A DNA stretch of 36,895 nucleotides. Origin: Coniocarpon cinnabarinum (taxonomy: Eukaryota). The position numbers were made by a program, and so were the translations under genes. Below are positions 21,165 to 33,084 of this stretch, piece by piece. Numbering within the stretch: the stretch's first letter is position 1; each line of letters opens with the position of its first letter. The notes beneath the pieces are model-generated. The model was not told the origin of the DNA, made no database searches, and saw only the letters and a program-made list of their open reading frames with translations. The DNA is taken from contig JAVECO010000082.1 of the NCBI GenBank assembly GCA_051942205.1, positions 62,001 to 98,895 of the forward strand. Direction: 5' to 3'.

Positions 21165-23212
21165 CTACAACGTCTGCTTCCCGCGCGTCTCAAGCGGCAA
21201 CGCACACATGGCCACGAACGACGCCAACATGAGCGCCCCCGACACATAAATCGGCACCTTGGGATCGGCATCCGCCGCGTAAATGGCAATGAGCGGCGCG
21301 CAGAACCCACCCACGCGGTTCAGCATGCTGGCGATGCCGGTGCCGGTGCCGCGGTTCGGCGCTGGGAACACCTCCGGCGTGTAAGCATAGAGCACACCGT
21401 ACATGATATTCTGGAAGAAGGTGACGAGCGAGGAGAACGCGAGCTGGAAGTCGCTGTTCGTGGATGTCGTGAAGATGAAGAGGAAGATGCCCGTGATCAA
21501 CGTGCCGACGGCCATGGTGCCCTTGCGGCCAATGTACTTGATGTTGACGGTGTAGTATGCGAGGAGGGAGCCGGGAACGCCGACCACGTTGGTGATGGCG
21601 TAGTTACGGTAAGTAATGTAGGTGTCGCTCGAGCCGCCGCCCAAGTATTGCACGATGAACGCGTTGAAGAGGGGGTATCCCATGCCGATGCAGAACCAAC
21701 AGAACCAGAGCAGACCCGTGGTGAGACCGAGCTTCCAGTGCGCGAACAGCGGATTGATTCGCTGCGTGGAAAACTTGCCCGCTGAGCGGCGGACAACCTC
21801 GAAGGCGGACAATTTGGTGTCATTGCGGCCTTCAGGATAGCCACCGACTTCATTGAGGACTTCCTCAGTGAGCCATGTCTGCGTCTTGTTTTTATAAGCG
21901 AGCCCTTGGACGACAGCCACGGCCTCATTCTGCCGCCCGCGAGAAAGGAGAAATTTCGGTGATTCGTACATCTGGAAAACGATGAATCGTAGTATCCACT
22001 GCATGAATGTGATCGCACCCAATGTGTAGGTAAAATATCGCCATCCCATGTTGTTAGATTTGCCACAGCATGTCGGGGGAGAGCCACCAGTGAGGCGGCA
22101 CGACGATGTGTAGTCGTCGAAGTTGCAAGCATAGTTTGGAATGAGACCCCAGGCAATCATCGATGCGACCAGCGAGCCGACCGGCCACCAAATTGATAGC
22201 AATGTGAGCAGGTTACCCGATGCGAATGGCAAGAATTCCAGGAACAAAGCACCGTCAACAGGAAGGTTGCCTCCGATGCCCAGACCAAGGCAGGAGAAGA
22301 GTGCGCACACTGCGATCCAGGTGTTGCCGCCTCCCACGGCGGTTCCGAACAGCGCACCGATGAACAGCGTCGTGTTGAAAGCGAGACGACGTCCCAGAAC
22401 GTCAGATGCGGTTCCCCAAAATGAGGCGCCGAGGCAGAGACCAATGAAGAGCGCAAATGTCGTGAAACGTGTGTGAGTCGAACTGTAACCAAATTCCAAA
22501 GACAGCTGAGGAAGCGTGAGAGCGACGCCCTTTAGACGAAAAAGTCAATCAAGTCACCTGACAATCCTTAAAACCAATCCGGCAAGCATAGCTTGAGGGA
22601 AAAATTGCGGTGTGACGTGCATTCGCCCCCTCAACTCGAGACTGCATGCTTAAGGTATATCAGTGTGAGACTCACCTGCAACCAAAAGTTGTCCGCAAAC
22701 CAGCCGAATCCGCAGAGAACAAAAAGCTCCCATTGATAGCGGCCCATGCCCATATCCTGGATGGCTTTGTTGATGATTTTAGACTTTCCTACAAACCAAA
22801 TATCAATCAGCCACGTTACAGAATTACCTATCGCGTTCGCCCAATAGAGGTAGGGGATACATGAAATAGGAGGAGAGCCTGTGCTTAGAGACATACGATC
22901 GTAAGCGCTATTATTCAAACCAAACGCAGTAATGTCGCCGTCGATTTCAGACCTCAGACCTTCGATGGTGTGTATGTCATAGGCGGCAACACTGCCGCGG
23001 CGGACATCGTCGGAGCCGTTGTCGTCAGACGATTCCCGCTTCTCAAGATCACCCGGCGTGAGCCCCTTTTCACCATCTTTTTCGGCCTTCTCTACGACAG
23101 AATGGTGTCGTTGGGCGTGCTCGAGCGGGATGACGACCTCGGGGTGATCGGCGGTGGAGGGTGTCTTGAACTGCCGCGCAAGGAAATGCGGGAGAAAGCT
23201 GTGGAAGGGCAT
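21165..23212 (-). CDS. MFS transporter, SV2/SVOP-like; exons 23212-22897, 22788-22676, 22529-21165
   Basis: INKAIQDMGMGRYQWELFVLCGFGWFADNFWLQ|GVALTLPQL, SDVLGRRLAFN, GGNLPVDGALFLEFLP, ESPKFLL, YAYTPEVFPAPNRGTGTG, LPLETRG. Multiple TM helices. Confidence 0.93.
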
Positions 23213-25171
23213 CGTTGCTGCTGTGCTGACTTGAATCTGTGATAAGCTGATAGATTGAGCTGTCAAATACTGTCACAAGTCTATATCGGTCTACAAAGGG
23301 TTGCTGCTTTTGGCGGCGCGAGAGCAACTGTCACTATAACGACAGACGCTGGTGCTGTGGGCGGTTGCTGCGAGTGGGCTGAATCACAATGTACTGCTGA
23401 GATGATGCCAGTTGCCGTTGACAGACTGCTTTGCTGACAACGCAGTCACTGCAATGTCGACGAAGGGTGCTGTGGGCTGCGACAAATGTCACACGAGGCC
23501 GAAATCTCGAGTGCTTCTGGGTAGTGCTCAAACTGCTCAAGCAGGAGCGTGTAGGTGCTTTGGCGTTGGTCTGGCGGTATGCTGGAACGATGGGCGTCGT
23601 AGTACGCCAATTGACGTCGAACACCTGGAGTAACGGTAGTCACGCTGAGCGCTGAGGTGAGAGAAGGGTAGAAATGGAGAGCGCAGGAAGTTGATTGTCG
23701 GCTACGCTACAATGGATTGACGCTCATGCAGCGGGAGGCAGTGGCTGCAAGCAAGCCGGTGAGGTGATGACAAGAGAGGGGCTCGAGAGCTTGAGAGAAG
23801 AGAGAGGAGAGAAGGAAAGGAAGGATGGCGCGGCTGAGGGCGGTGAAGTAACGATGCAACGCCAAGCAGAGAGAAGAGAGATTGAAAAGCTAGGGCGCAG
23901 TCTTTGCTCTAGCCCGTTCGTGGGCGAGATAGCTAGCGGTGTACGAGAAGCGTTTGTGCCAGTCAGTGGGCGTGATGTCAATGGACGAAATGCCCCCCCA
24001 ACGCCCCCACGCACGCGACCAAGGCACTAGTGCACTAGCGGCTGGGCAGGGCGGTGGCAGCCACACGCTCAGCCCGCGCAGAGCCCGCGGCGACGCTCCG
24101 ACTCGTCCAATGTCTGGCCGCCACTGTCTTCCAGCGTGACAAGTCCTCGGCTTGCCTTCTTCCGGTCTCGCTGTGCGTCGACTGCACTCGCGCAATCCTC
24201 AATGGGGCAATAGATCCAATCAGCACCACTCCGCCCATCGAGCATGTGACGCCTCTGCATCTCGACCCTCCATCCCAATGCAAGATACTGCACACGCCCC
24301 GCCGAGTCAGCATCCTTGCTCCTCTTCTGACATCTCTGCTAAGCTTCGCCTTCTCTCCACTCACTCTGGCCGACCTTCCCATCTGCTCGGGTCCCATTCT
24401 GCAGAGTGCGAACCACGATCCATCCCTCGACGTCATACTCGCGTATTTTGCACTCTGGCACTTCGCAGTTCAAGCTCGGTCGTTTCTGTCTTGAAGACGA
24501 CCTGCACATGCGTGTGTGGGAAACGGCTGAGCCCGACTGCTGTATCACTTGTGGGGACACAACCACAAGCTTCAAGCGGTGGAACCTCAGATAACCGACA
24601 AGCGTGCCAAGCGCCCTCGTGTAGCAAATTTGATCGGACCTCTGTAGCTGCTTTCAGGGCCAAGAGATACGCGAGGACATGTAGTCTTATGTCATAGCCC
24701 TCACGCAGCACGCAGAGGCGTTATGGATCTAAACCTTGACCAACCATGGCAGGCTCTGCTTCTTCGCATCTCAGAGCTGACCCCGCACAGGCTATGCCAC
24801 GGTTTTGATATTGAAAGGGAAACACGAAGCATGTAAGATAGGCTGTGAACAACAAGGGCGGGAGACTTGAAGATGTTGAGGACCCTTAATTTGTGCACGT
24901 CAGCTATGCTGATGGCTCGAAGCGCTTTCATAGGCAGAGGCCAAAGATCTAATGGACTGCTCATATTCCTCACCCATCGGGTGCGTGATCAAGTGGCTCG
25001 AATGGGGCTTGCTAGGATGAAAGCAATGAGACTGGTCCCATTTCCGCCATAGAGTTCGAGCTTACTTCCACTGCAAAAATGGCAAATGCATGATCACACC
25101 CAGCGTATGGGAATTGTCCCTCTGGTTCGGACGCGTCGTGGCGTAGTGGTGCAAGCCGTCGCTGATGCACC

Positions 25172-25699
25172 TCAGTGTGACACTGCTGGACCCTTTGTGA
25201 TGTTGGTGTCCCCAGGTCTTCCACGCTCCTGTAGTGTATGTGTGAGAAAGGTCTTGAACTTTCGCAATGACATGGACGTACCTTGTGCTCTTGGACGTGG
25301 CCGTCCTGTACAATCTTCGCAATCACATCGTCACGGTTGTGAGTCTGGAATTCAGCGTCGAGAGTGAGGTTGCTGGGAGTGTCCTCCGCGTCCTGGTTGC
25401 CTTGCCTTTCAACATTCACAGTCAGCGTATTTCCCTTCTAGTGCATCGTAGCATCGCTCGCACCAAGTCGTGGTATCGAGATGGTCGATCCTGCGACGAC
25501 AAAGAATCATCGACCTTCAGACTTACTTATGTGAGACCTTGATGACCCAGCCACTAACAACTTGAGCAAGGGGGACAGTCTTGTCCTCTCGCCACTTCAG
25601 TACGGCAGTCTCAGACTCAACGTAGACAATGAAGTCGTCGTTCTTGCCTGGGTAGTGGCAGATTGTTTGTTTACCGCTGCCGCGAGCGCCGCCTGACAT
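25172..25699 (-). CDS. RTC3: Rtc3 (SBDS N-terminal-domain protein, YHR087W-like), 117 aa; exons 25699-25527, 25405-25282, 25228-25172
   Basis: Manual translation: MSGGARGSGKQTICHYPGKNDDFIVYVESETAVLKWREDKTVPLAQVVSGWVIKVSHK QGNQDAEDTPSNLTLDAEFQTHNRDDVIAKIVQDGHVQEHK ERGRPGDTNITKGPAVSH*. Introns GTAAGT..GCTGAC..AAG and GTACGT..CTCAC..CAG are in phase. Confidence 0.88.
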
Positions 25700-26101
25700 A
25701 TCGTTGAATGATTAAAGTGTGACTGGTGTTGCTGGTAGATATGAGACGGGTGCAACAAATGAGACAGTTTATCCTAGACTTTGGTGATTATACGGAGAGT
25801 AGAATAGTGAGATACCGGAGCCTGCGGAGAGAGCTTGGTCAAGCTGCTGTGAGCAAACAAGTAAGATGATGTCACACAGCGATCGTCCGGAGCCGTCACG
25901 TGAGCTTTGTGAACCCCATGGCTTGGCACTTTCGTATAGGGATTAATCATGTGCTAATGATCTGATTTTTGAGAAAAAGTCCTGTTCATGCTGGCATCAT
26001 CACCTTCGTGATAGATTTCCACTTATGTACAATGAAGGCAGAAGGATCACTCTGGGGAGATGTTGCCTGCCTCGCTCGTCTCACGTGGATTCATTATTCG
26101 T

Positions 26102-27893
26102 CTACGCAATCCAAAACCAGATTCGTTCCAGGATGTTACGTGGCTTCCGCTCCGGCCACTCTATCCTGTCGATAGCCTCCTTCCCGCTCCAAAGGTCTGC
26201 CTCTGATGATTTGACCCATTTTGATTTCTTGAAAATCTTCCAGCCAAATAACAGTGCAAAGTAGATGGGAACGCCAATGTAAGCGGTGAAGAAATCGTCA
26301 AACGCCCAATTGCCCTTCGTGAAGACTTGCCAGCCGTTGAAAAAGATGATGACCGCGAAGAAACACATCGAGAACCAGGCGACGTAGGGTTGGCCACGTG
26401 ACACGAATGGCTTCATGTGTTGCACGCCCTGGGCCTTGAGGGCAGCATTGAATTTGATGGATGCAATGCAGATTGAGAACCAAGTGAAAAGATTCGAGAT
26501 GGTGGTGAGGTTGAGAAACCAACTAAAGACCTGCCCGGAACCACTACTGACCGCCATATAGGTCAGACAGGATATTGCAGATGTCAAAAGGACGCAGTAG
26601 TAGGGAACTCCGCCCTTGTGACATTTGAGGAAGATCTTTGGAGCTTGTCCTCTTTGTGCCAGGCCGTAGAGGTATCGAGATCCAGAGTATTGAAAAGCGT
26701 TTCCAGCTGAAGCTGCTGAGATCAAAATGACCGCATTAATGATACTAGGAAGGGCGTTGATCTTGAGCAGAGAAGCCGAAAGCACCCAGGGAGATGCCCG
26801 TGTCCCATCGGTGTCCAGAATTGGTGTGTTGTACGGCACCAGGACACCAATCGCAAGGGAACCTAGGGAATAGAACACGATGATACGCCAAAAGATGCGA
26901 CGCACAGCTTTGGGGATGTTTCGACGGGGATCTTCCGTTTCACCTGCAGCAATGGCCACGGATTCGACGCCACCGTAACTGAAGGCTGCATTGACCAATG
27001 TGGAGAAGAATGATAAGAAACGTCCTGCGTCTCCACTGGCAACCGTTGGGGGCATGTATCCAGGCGACACCCAGTAACGGAAACCTAATCGGTCGTGTAA
27101 TGGATTGCCGCCAAGGTCGACGATAAAGGCATAAATGATTAACCCAGTAATCCCTAGTATTTTGATGCCAGCGAACCAAAATTCCGTCTCACCATAGATC
27201 TTGACGGCGAAAATGTTCAGCGATAGGATGACGATGATCATGATGGTGATCCAGGGCGCTGGGTTGATGTCTGGGGCCCAAAAGCCAATCAAAGAGGCAG
27301 CCGCGGATATTTCGGAACACTGGGAGAGCGCATTGCTGTACCATTGATTCCATCCCGCAGCGAAGCCTAGTGCTGGGTCTGCAAAGCGAGTGCAGTATTG
27401 AGGAATGGCTCCTGGAAGGGGCAACCATGTGGCCATTTCGCCCTGAGTTTATCAGTATGAGGCACTTGCGGAGACCGCGACATTAGGTAGGACTCACCAG
27501 AGACATCATCATGCCAAAGATCGCGAAACCCACGATCGTGTAGGCCAGCAAGATACTGAGAGGACCATAGTCGTACAATGCCTGGCCAATGCCCAGAAAA
27601 AGACCGGTCCCAATGGCGCTTCCCAGGGCAATGAATTGAACATGTCGACTTTTCATGCCTCGGTTCACATAGCCATACTCCTCCACGGTCTGGACATCAC
27701 CTACATCGAATGCAATCAGCTCACCGACTCTTGAGCTCCTCTCAGTCCCAAAGAACTATCACATACCGAACACCTCTTGACCCTCCACTAAGGATGCCTT
27801 GCGATCATACCCCACCGAGCCATGTCGCTGACGTAGCTCTCCTGTGTCGTAGCTCCCATCTTCAATCGAGTAGGAGGTCTTCTCGTCAACCAT
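26102..27893 (-). CDS. Amino acid permease (APC/YAT family; Dip5/Put4-like); exons 27893-27767, 27700-27498, 27442-26102
   Basis: RGMKSRHVQFIALGSAIGTGLFLG, GEMATWLPLPG, RFADPALGFAAGW, YGETEFWFAGIK, GFRYW, AAFSYGGVESVAIAAGETEDPRRNIPKA, SRYLYGLA. Confidence 0.95.
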
Positions 27894-29945
27894 GTTTGAA
27901 GATCGGGCTCCTGCTGGCCGTCGCGAATGGCCTAGAGTGGTGTGGTGGGCCCTCGCAGGTTGGGAGAAGAGCGAGAGATAAGGCGAAGTCGACAGCAGGA
28001 GTTGAAGGTATTAAAGGCAGACCAGGGTTCAATCATCCAGGACGATCAGCAATGGTTGCACCAAGGAGCAGGGTCGCCTCCACCTTCTGGGATTTGATCG
28101 CGTGCACCGAACAAGCCATATCTAGGGCATTGATTGCGCGAAAAAACGACTCCACCTCGGTGGTCGATGCAACATTATCAGCACCTGCGAGAGACCCTGC
28201 TACGCACAACGAAAACTTACACGGAGTGGTACAGGAGACCCACTCGCCTCTCGCATCATCGTCTGAGCAGACGTTGACAGCGTAATCGTTGTCTTCGGCC
28301 ATTGCTTGGTCGAGAGAGGCCGCCAGTGATTGGAGGAGTGCAAGCGCTAGTTTCTGCATGGAAGGTCAGCCACTCCGCCAGACGCGCGGTTCGGCCAGCT
28401 TAGGCTCGTGCGCTAACTCTGACTGGCATTCTGGGTGAATTTCTAGAAGACTTCGGATAGCTCTTTCCGTGCGTCTTGACTCGCTTGTCACTTTTTCGGA
28501 TCCACCTCCTGCTTATCCACGGTCTAGGATTCGATGCGACGACAAGAAAAATTCTCCTGATAAGAGCCGCACCACCACATGGGGGTTATCGTTGCATGCG
28601 TTGAGGCAAGACAGGCGCTCAACGCCCGATATGCATCCTGTGTCCACCCAAATTGGGCTTCTGAGCCGGCGTGTGCGCATTTAATTGAGAGGCTGGTTGA
28701 TGAGAAACATAGCGTCAGCAAGGTTATACGTTACCCCTCTTCCAGCTCGGTGAATGTCATTGTCGCGCAGAGATACCTGAGTCGAGCCACATCACCTTTC
28801 GCGTGGCGGCACGTCGCCGCTTATCGCATGAGCAAAGATGCTCCACTCGATGGACGTGCAAACTTCTGTCAAATCTGGCATGAATCGGCCGCATGCCGAT
28901 CTCGTTACGTCTGTGAAGCACTCTCACGGGCAACTTGGGCTCTTCGGCACATGCGACACAAGCTGGCGGCTAGTTCTAAACCTTTGCGCGTCAGAACGCC
29001 ACACTGCATATCTATCAGTGAGTATCAAGGCGAAGAATTCAATCGTTGACCATAACTCACACCACCCGCCTTTCAATTGCCATTTTTATCATACGCTATT
29101 CGGTACACAAATTGCGTTCGGGAAGTGCTGGTGTCGGTGTACGTTACTTACACTTGGAACACTCCCAATGCTATATCCAGCTAGGCTCGCTTATGACTCC
29201 CTAGCGCCTCCTTTCTCATTCCTTTGCTACTGCGCTGGCAACCTGTAGCCGTCGTTCCTGAACCTTTGCCCCCACATTCGAAGAGGGTCACTTCAGGGTG
29301 GAGGTTGTCTTGCTTCGCAAGGCGACTGCAGAATAGAATAGTACACGCAACACCCACGTTTTGTGGCTCCTTTCCGCTTTGGGACCAAGGTGCATCTGCG
29401 GCTGTTATCTCAACTTCTATTCACATCCGGACGCAGATACTCAGAGTTTCCCGGAAGCGGGCCATGGACCGCTATGTCTCAGTCCAATACCACCATCATC
29501 TTACTCGTAAGATAACGCTGAGAGCCTCAAGTAGAATCTTGTTACATTCTCGTGATTGTACATTGTTTCCTGGCAAGCAGGAATAATCCCCCAGATACAT
29601 CTTAGGAAACTTCCGTATTGCTAATGGGTTCACTGCATCATCTTAGCGTTAACGTTGTTTGCCAAAGTCCACGTGTCGTTATGCCTGTCTTTCGCCTTAG
29701 TGTAGCCTCATGCACGTTATTGACGAATACCTAGAGTTCTCAAGCACTATTACTACGTCAAGCAACTCAACCATCCTCACCTTCACAATATGAACAATAG
29801 TCCCTACACTCTTTTTCATCAATCTCTCTTTGATCGGAGATAGTGGAGTCAGATGGCTCATGGGCTCATGCTGCATTCATACATCAAGCATTCAGATCAT
29901 ACACTTGCAAACGCAAAGACACAGCTCGTACTCGTACATACATCT

Positions 29946-32513
29946 TCACTCCTCGCTATCCATCCTCGCTCTCTTCACGCTCTCGTCTCTCTCCCGTTTC
30001 ACCAATGCGGCCTTCATACTGCCTGCCATCTTCTCCCATAACCCGCCCCGACTTCGCGCCACACCCTTCACTTCTTGTTCCTCACTTTCTTGCCCTTCAC
30101 CGCTCTCATCTTCATCTTCTGACTCTTCGTCCTGCTTGTGCTTCTGGTAGCGTATCTCGGCTCCGTCAGAAGAATCCGCGGCTCCGTCCATGTCCGCGAC
30201 GCTGTGACTCCGCTTGCGATTCCCGCCAAGTCCAAACCGCGCACTGATCGCTCGTTCGTCTTCTTCATAAACAGGAGCCGGCGACTCCGTTGCCTGCTTT
30301 GAGGAGAGCTTGGTATTGCCAATGCCCCATTGGGCTCTCAGCGCCTCCCCTGACATGTCCAATTCGTCACTAGGCGTAGCCGAGGGTTGGCGAAACCGCC
30401 GCTCGCTATCGCTTTTCTTGGAGGTCACTTCTTCCTCCTGCGCCGTTTCTTCTATGGTCATGGCTGCGTTGTCTGAGCCTGTCGTTGGCGCCCTTATGGG
30501 GTGTTCGGTATATTTGAACTTCTCCAACTTGCTTGTTCTGTTCGCGAGGATTCTTGACGCCGTTGCCCAGTCTTCTAGCTTCTCCTCGTCTCGCTCAGGA
30601 TCATGTTGACTCAGTTTTACGCCATTGAGCTCGGCTATATCCAAGGCTTCGCCACGGCTGTCTGCCCAATAGAGCTCCTTGTCTGACAGTATGCGTGCAT
30701 CGTGCTCTTTGGCGTAGTCACGCGCGTGATAGAGACCCATAAGCCCGAGATCGAGAGCTTTAGCGGTAGAGGGCTCACCGGTTGATGAAGGGAACCATAG
30801 GTTCATGCTGTCGGCTTCGAAGCAGCGGCCGAGGACCTTTTTGAGCGGGACTCGTGCCGATTTACGGGGATCGTGGCGGTGCCAAAGACGGTAGCCTTGC
30901 AATCCCTGAGGAAGTGCGTACTCCTCTTGTTTGGTGAGGGGCTCAGGGATGTCGTTCCAAGCGCGGTCGGGGGAGATGGTGTAGAGCTTTCCGTACAGCC
31001 AGACGGCTGAATTGTACGGGTGTCTATCGTCTTCGTCGTTGTCGGTTGATTTGTCGAGGTTGGTGAGTTGCAAAACGACGGACGTGATGTGCAATACGTC
31101 TGTGACATGAGGCGGTCCTGCATCTGGCTGCTCCAGAGCATCTGGTAGTATGCGGACACCGTCACCAGTCACCCACAGCTCAGAACCCACGTAAACTCCT
31201 TTGCAATTTATGTTGGCTTTGGGCCAGTGGCCAGAGAATGCGTATTTCTCCATCAACGAAAAGGATGACATGGTGGTTTGGGCGTTGCAGATGGTGGGAT
31301 GCCATTTCAGCTCAGGGATACCAGCAAGGAACTCCTGCCAAAAGACAAAGGGCCGTATCCATTGCAGAGGCACGTATTTGTATTGCTTCGAAGCGCGCTT
31401 GTCCATGTCGCTGGGCTTTGGTAGCGGCTCGATTCTGAACCCAGCTAAAGTCGAGTTCTTGGTCCGACTTGACTGCGTCACGATGTCTTCCAGCTGGACC
31501 GACGCATTCTGCGCGACGACACCGGCCTCCCACTTGGGAGGACCCAGGAAAGTCTGACTGATCTTGTCGAAAATCTTGTAGTATCCAGACTCGCGCTCCT
31601 GACAAATTTCGTGATTGTCGTCGAGAAAGCGAACGAACAGCACGATTTCCCCGACTCTAGGAACGAAAGAGGCGTGTTTCGGAAGGGCATCTAGGAGACG
31701 TGGTAAGCTGCGTTCGGAGCGCCAGTCCATCGAAAGTTCTTCTTTGAAGTCTGTTTCTAGCTGCCCTTGTCGTTTCAAGCGGTCGATGAGAATACGTAGG
31801 ACATCGGGCACATGTTCCTCGTCCTGATACACGGGTGCCGGTGGCTCCACAGGCTTCGAAGGCTTGGGTCCAGGTTTGAAGCCTGGCTTTCGCCCTGGCT
31901 TAGATGGACCTGGGTTAGATGGACCTGGATGCGCAGTGCCAGTTCCTCGCATGGGCAAAGCTTGTGAGCCAGCGGAGCCACACACAGTACAAGGACACGA
32001 GTTCATATCCTTGCCCTCCATCATGTGCTGAAAGTGTGGAAAGAACCGGTTGGGGGAGTCGAAAAACTTGTGCATGGCGCTTCCGAAAAGACGTTTGTCA
32101 GACTGCAGACCATTGTTAGCGGACCCTGAGATTTTGGAAATGGAGGGTGTACTCTTGCCAGCTTCTGGCCCGGTATCCCGGTCTTGCGTTGTTTTTCATA
32201 GAGGGCGTAGCCATCGGGTAGACGATCGAGGCGATATATTGTACCTGCGTAGAGGGTGAGACAACATACATAGACCAACAAGCACTACGTTCCAATAGCG
32301 CTGCTGTACCACGTCCATCACAGCATGAATGCTCTTGCTCTTTCTTCACGTACCTTTCTGAACATGCTGTCCTCGTACTTGAAGCCATTGCACTGCGATC
32401 TTCTCCAAGTAGATAGTCGGTGGGTCAATGATTGTCCACAGCTCGTCGTTTGGGCGATGTGAAGGGTCGCCATCTGTGTGTCCATTGATGGGCACTATTT
32501 GCACGGGCGCCAT
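29946..32513 (-). CDS. clr2: Cryptic loci regulator 2 (Clr2)-like heterochromatin silencing protein; exons 32513-32354, 32244-32153 (or -32159), 32102-29946
   Basis: N-terminal DGD motif, YLEKIAVQW, YRLDRLPDGYALYE, DKRLFG...FDSPNRFFPHF...CPCTVC, then FVPRVGEIVLF, WEAGVV, YVPLQWIRPF and GVYVGSELWVTGDGVRI. These are motifs I recognise from Clr2 domains. Confidence 0.82.
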
Positions 32514-32822
32514 GGCTCTGTTTCCGCGGGCAAGGATAATCAGAATGCATATACTTTCCAGCCACACCAGGTTCAGGAAGCGAGATGAGACGTTCTGTGA
32601 AGTTTGCAATGGCAAAAGGTCAAAGCCGACGGTAGCCTCGAGAAAGAGCCTCACCAGCGTTTGTCGATTCTGCAAAACGCAAACGGGTAGTACGATTGAT
32701 ATTTAGCCATGACCAGTTTCAGCGAAGTTTTGAATATTTTACCCGCCGTTACCCTCTGATGATGAAGATCATGGAGTGCGATGCTATTGTTGCATTACTG
32801 CTCTCGCCTATGCTTTGTCCCA

Positions 32823-32838
32823 GCGTGACGCGTCACGC
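32823..32838. promoter_or_regulatory. Perfect 16-bp palindrome GCGTGACGCGTCACGC upstream of clr2
   Basis: Self-complementary sequence read directly. It contains ACGCGT (MCB-like) and two TGACG half-sites, about 310 bp before the ATG. Confidence 0.45.
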
Positions 32839-33084
32839 AGCCTGCCTTTTGCTTATTGAGACACAGTCTGTACGCGAAATGAACGCGAGCTGAGCCGACG
32901 CGGTGCACATCTTTTTGTTATGGGTCGGGGCAGTGCGCTTGCCTGTTGTGTGGCAAGTGCGTGAAGAGGTGAGCGGCAGAAAGACCGATTATAGTAACAC
33001 CTCAAGAACTCGCCCTAAGCGTCGGCACCAGAATGCATCATAAGAATAGTCTGCGCTGTTCATACAAAATATCATACAAAGTCG

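Noticed and set aside
21123..21785. 220-aa + strand ORF and similar long antisense ORFs elsewhere (e.g. 5285-5866, 7162-7758, 9411-10040)
   Set aside because: These are shadows of codon-biased real genes on the opposite strand.
23300..24800. Short ORFs upstream of the MFS gene
   Set aside because: No coherent exon chain or recognisable domain. Consistent with a long leader and promoter with a CT-rich tract.
28000..29900. Possible hidden gene or transposon relic in the 2-kb gap
   Set aside because: I saw no terminal repeats, transposase or RT motifs, RIP-like AT enrichment, or spliced model.
32758..32893. Possible box C/D snoRNA (ATGATGA...CTGA)
   Set aside because: No terminal stem and no rRNA-complementary guide that I could recognise. 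The region is more likely the clr2 promoter and HRD3 terminator.
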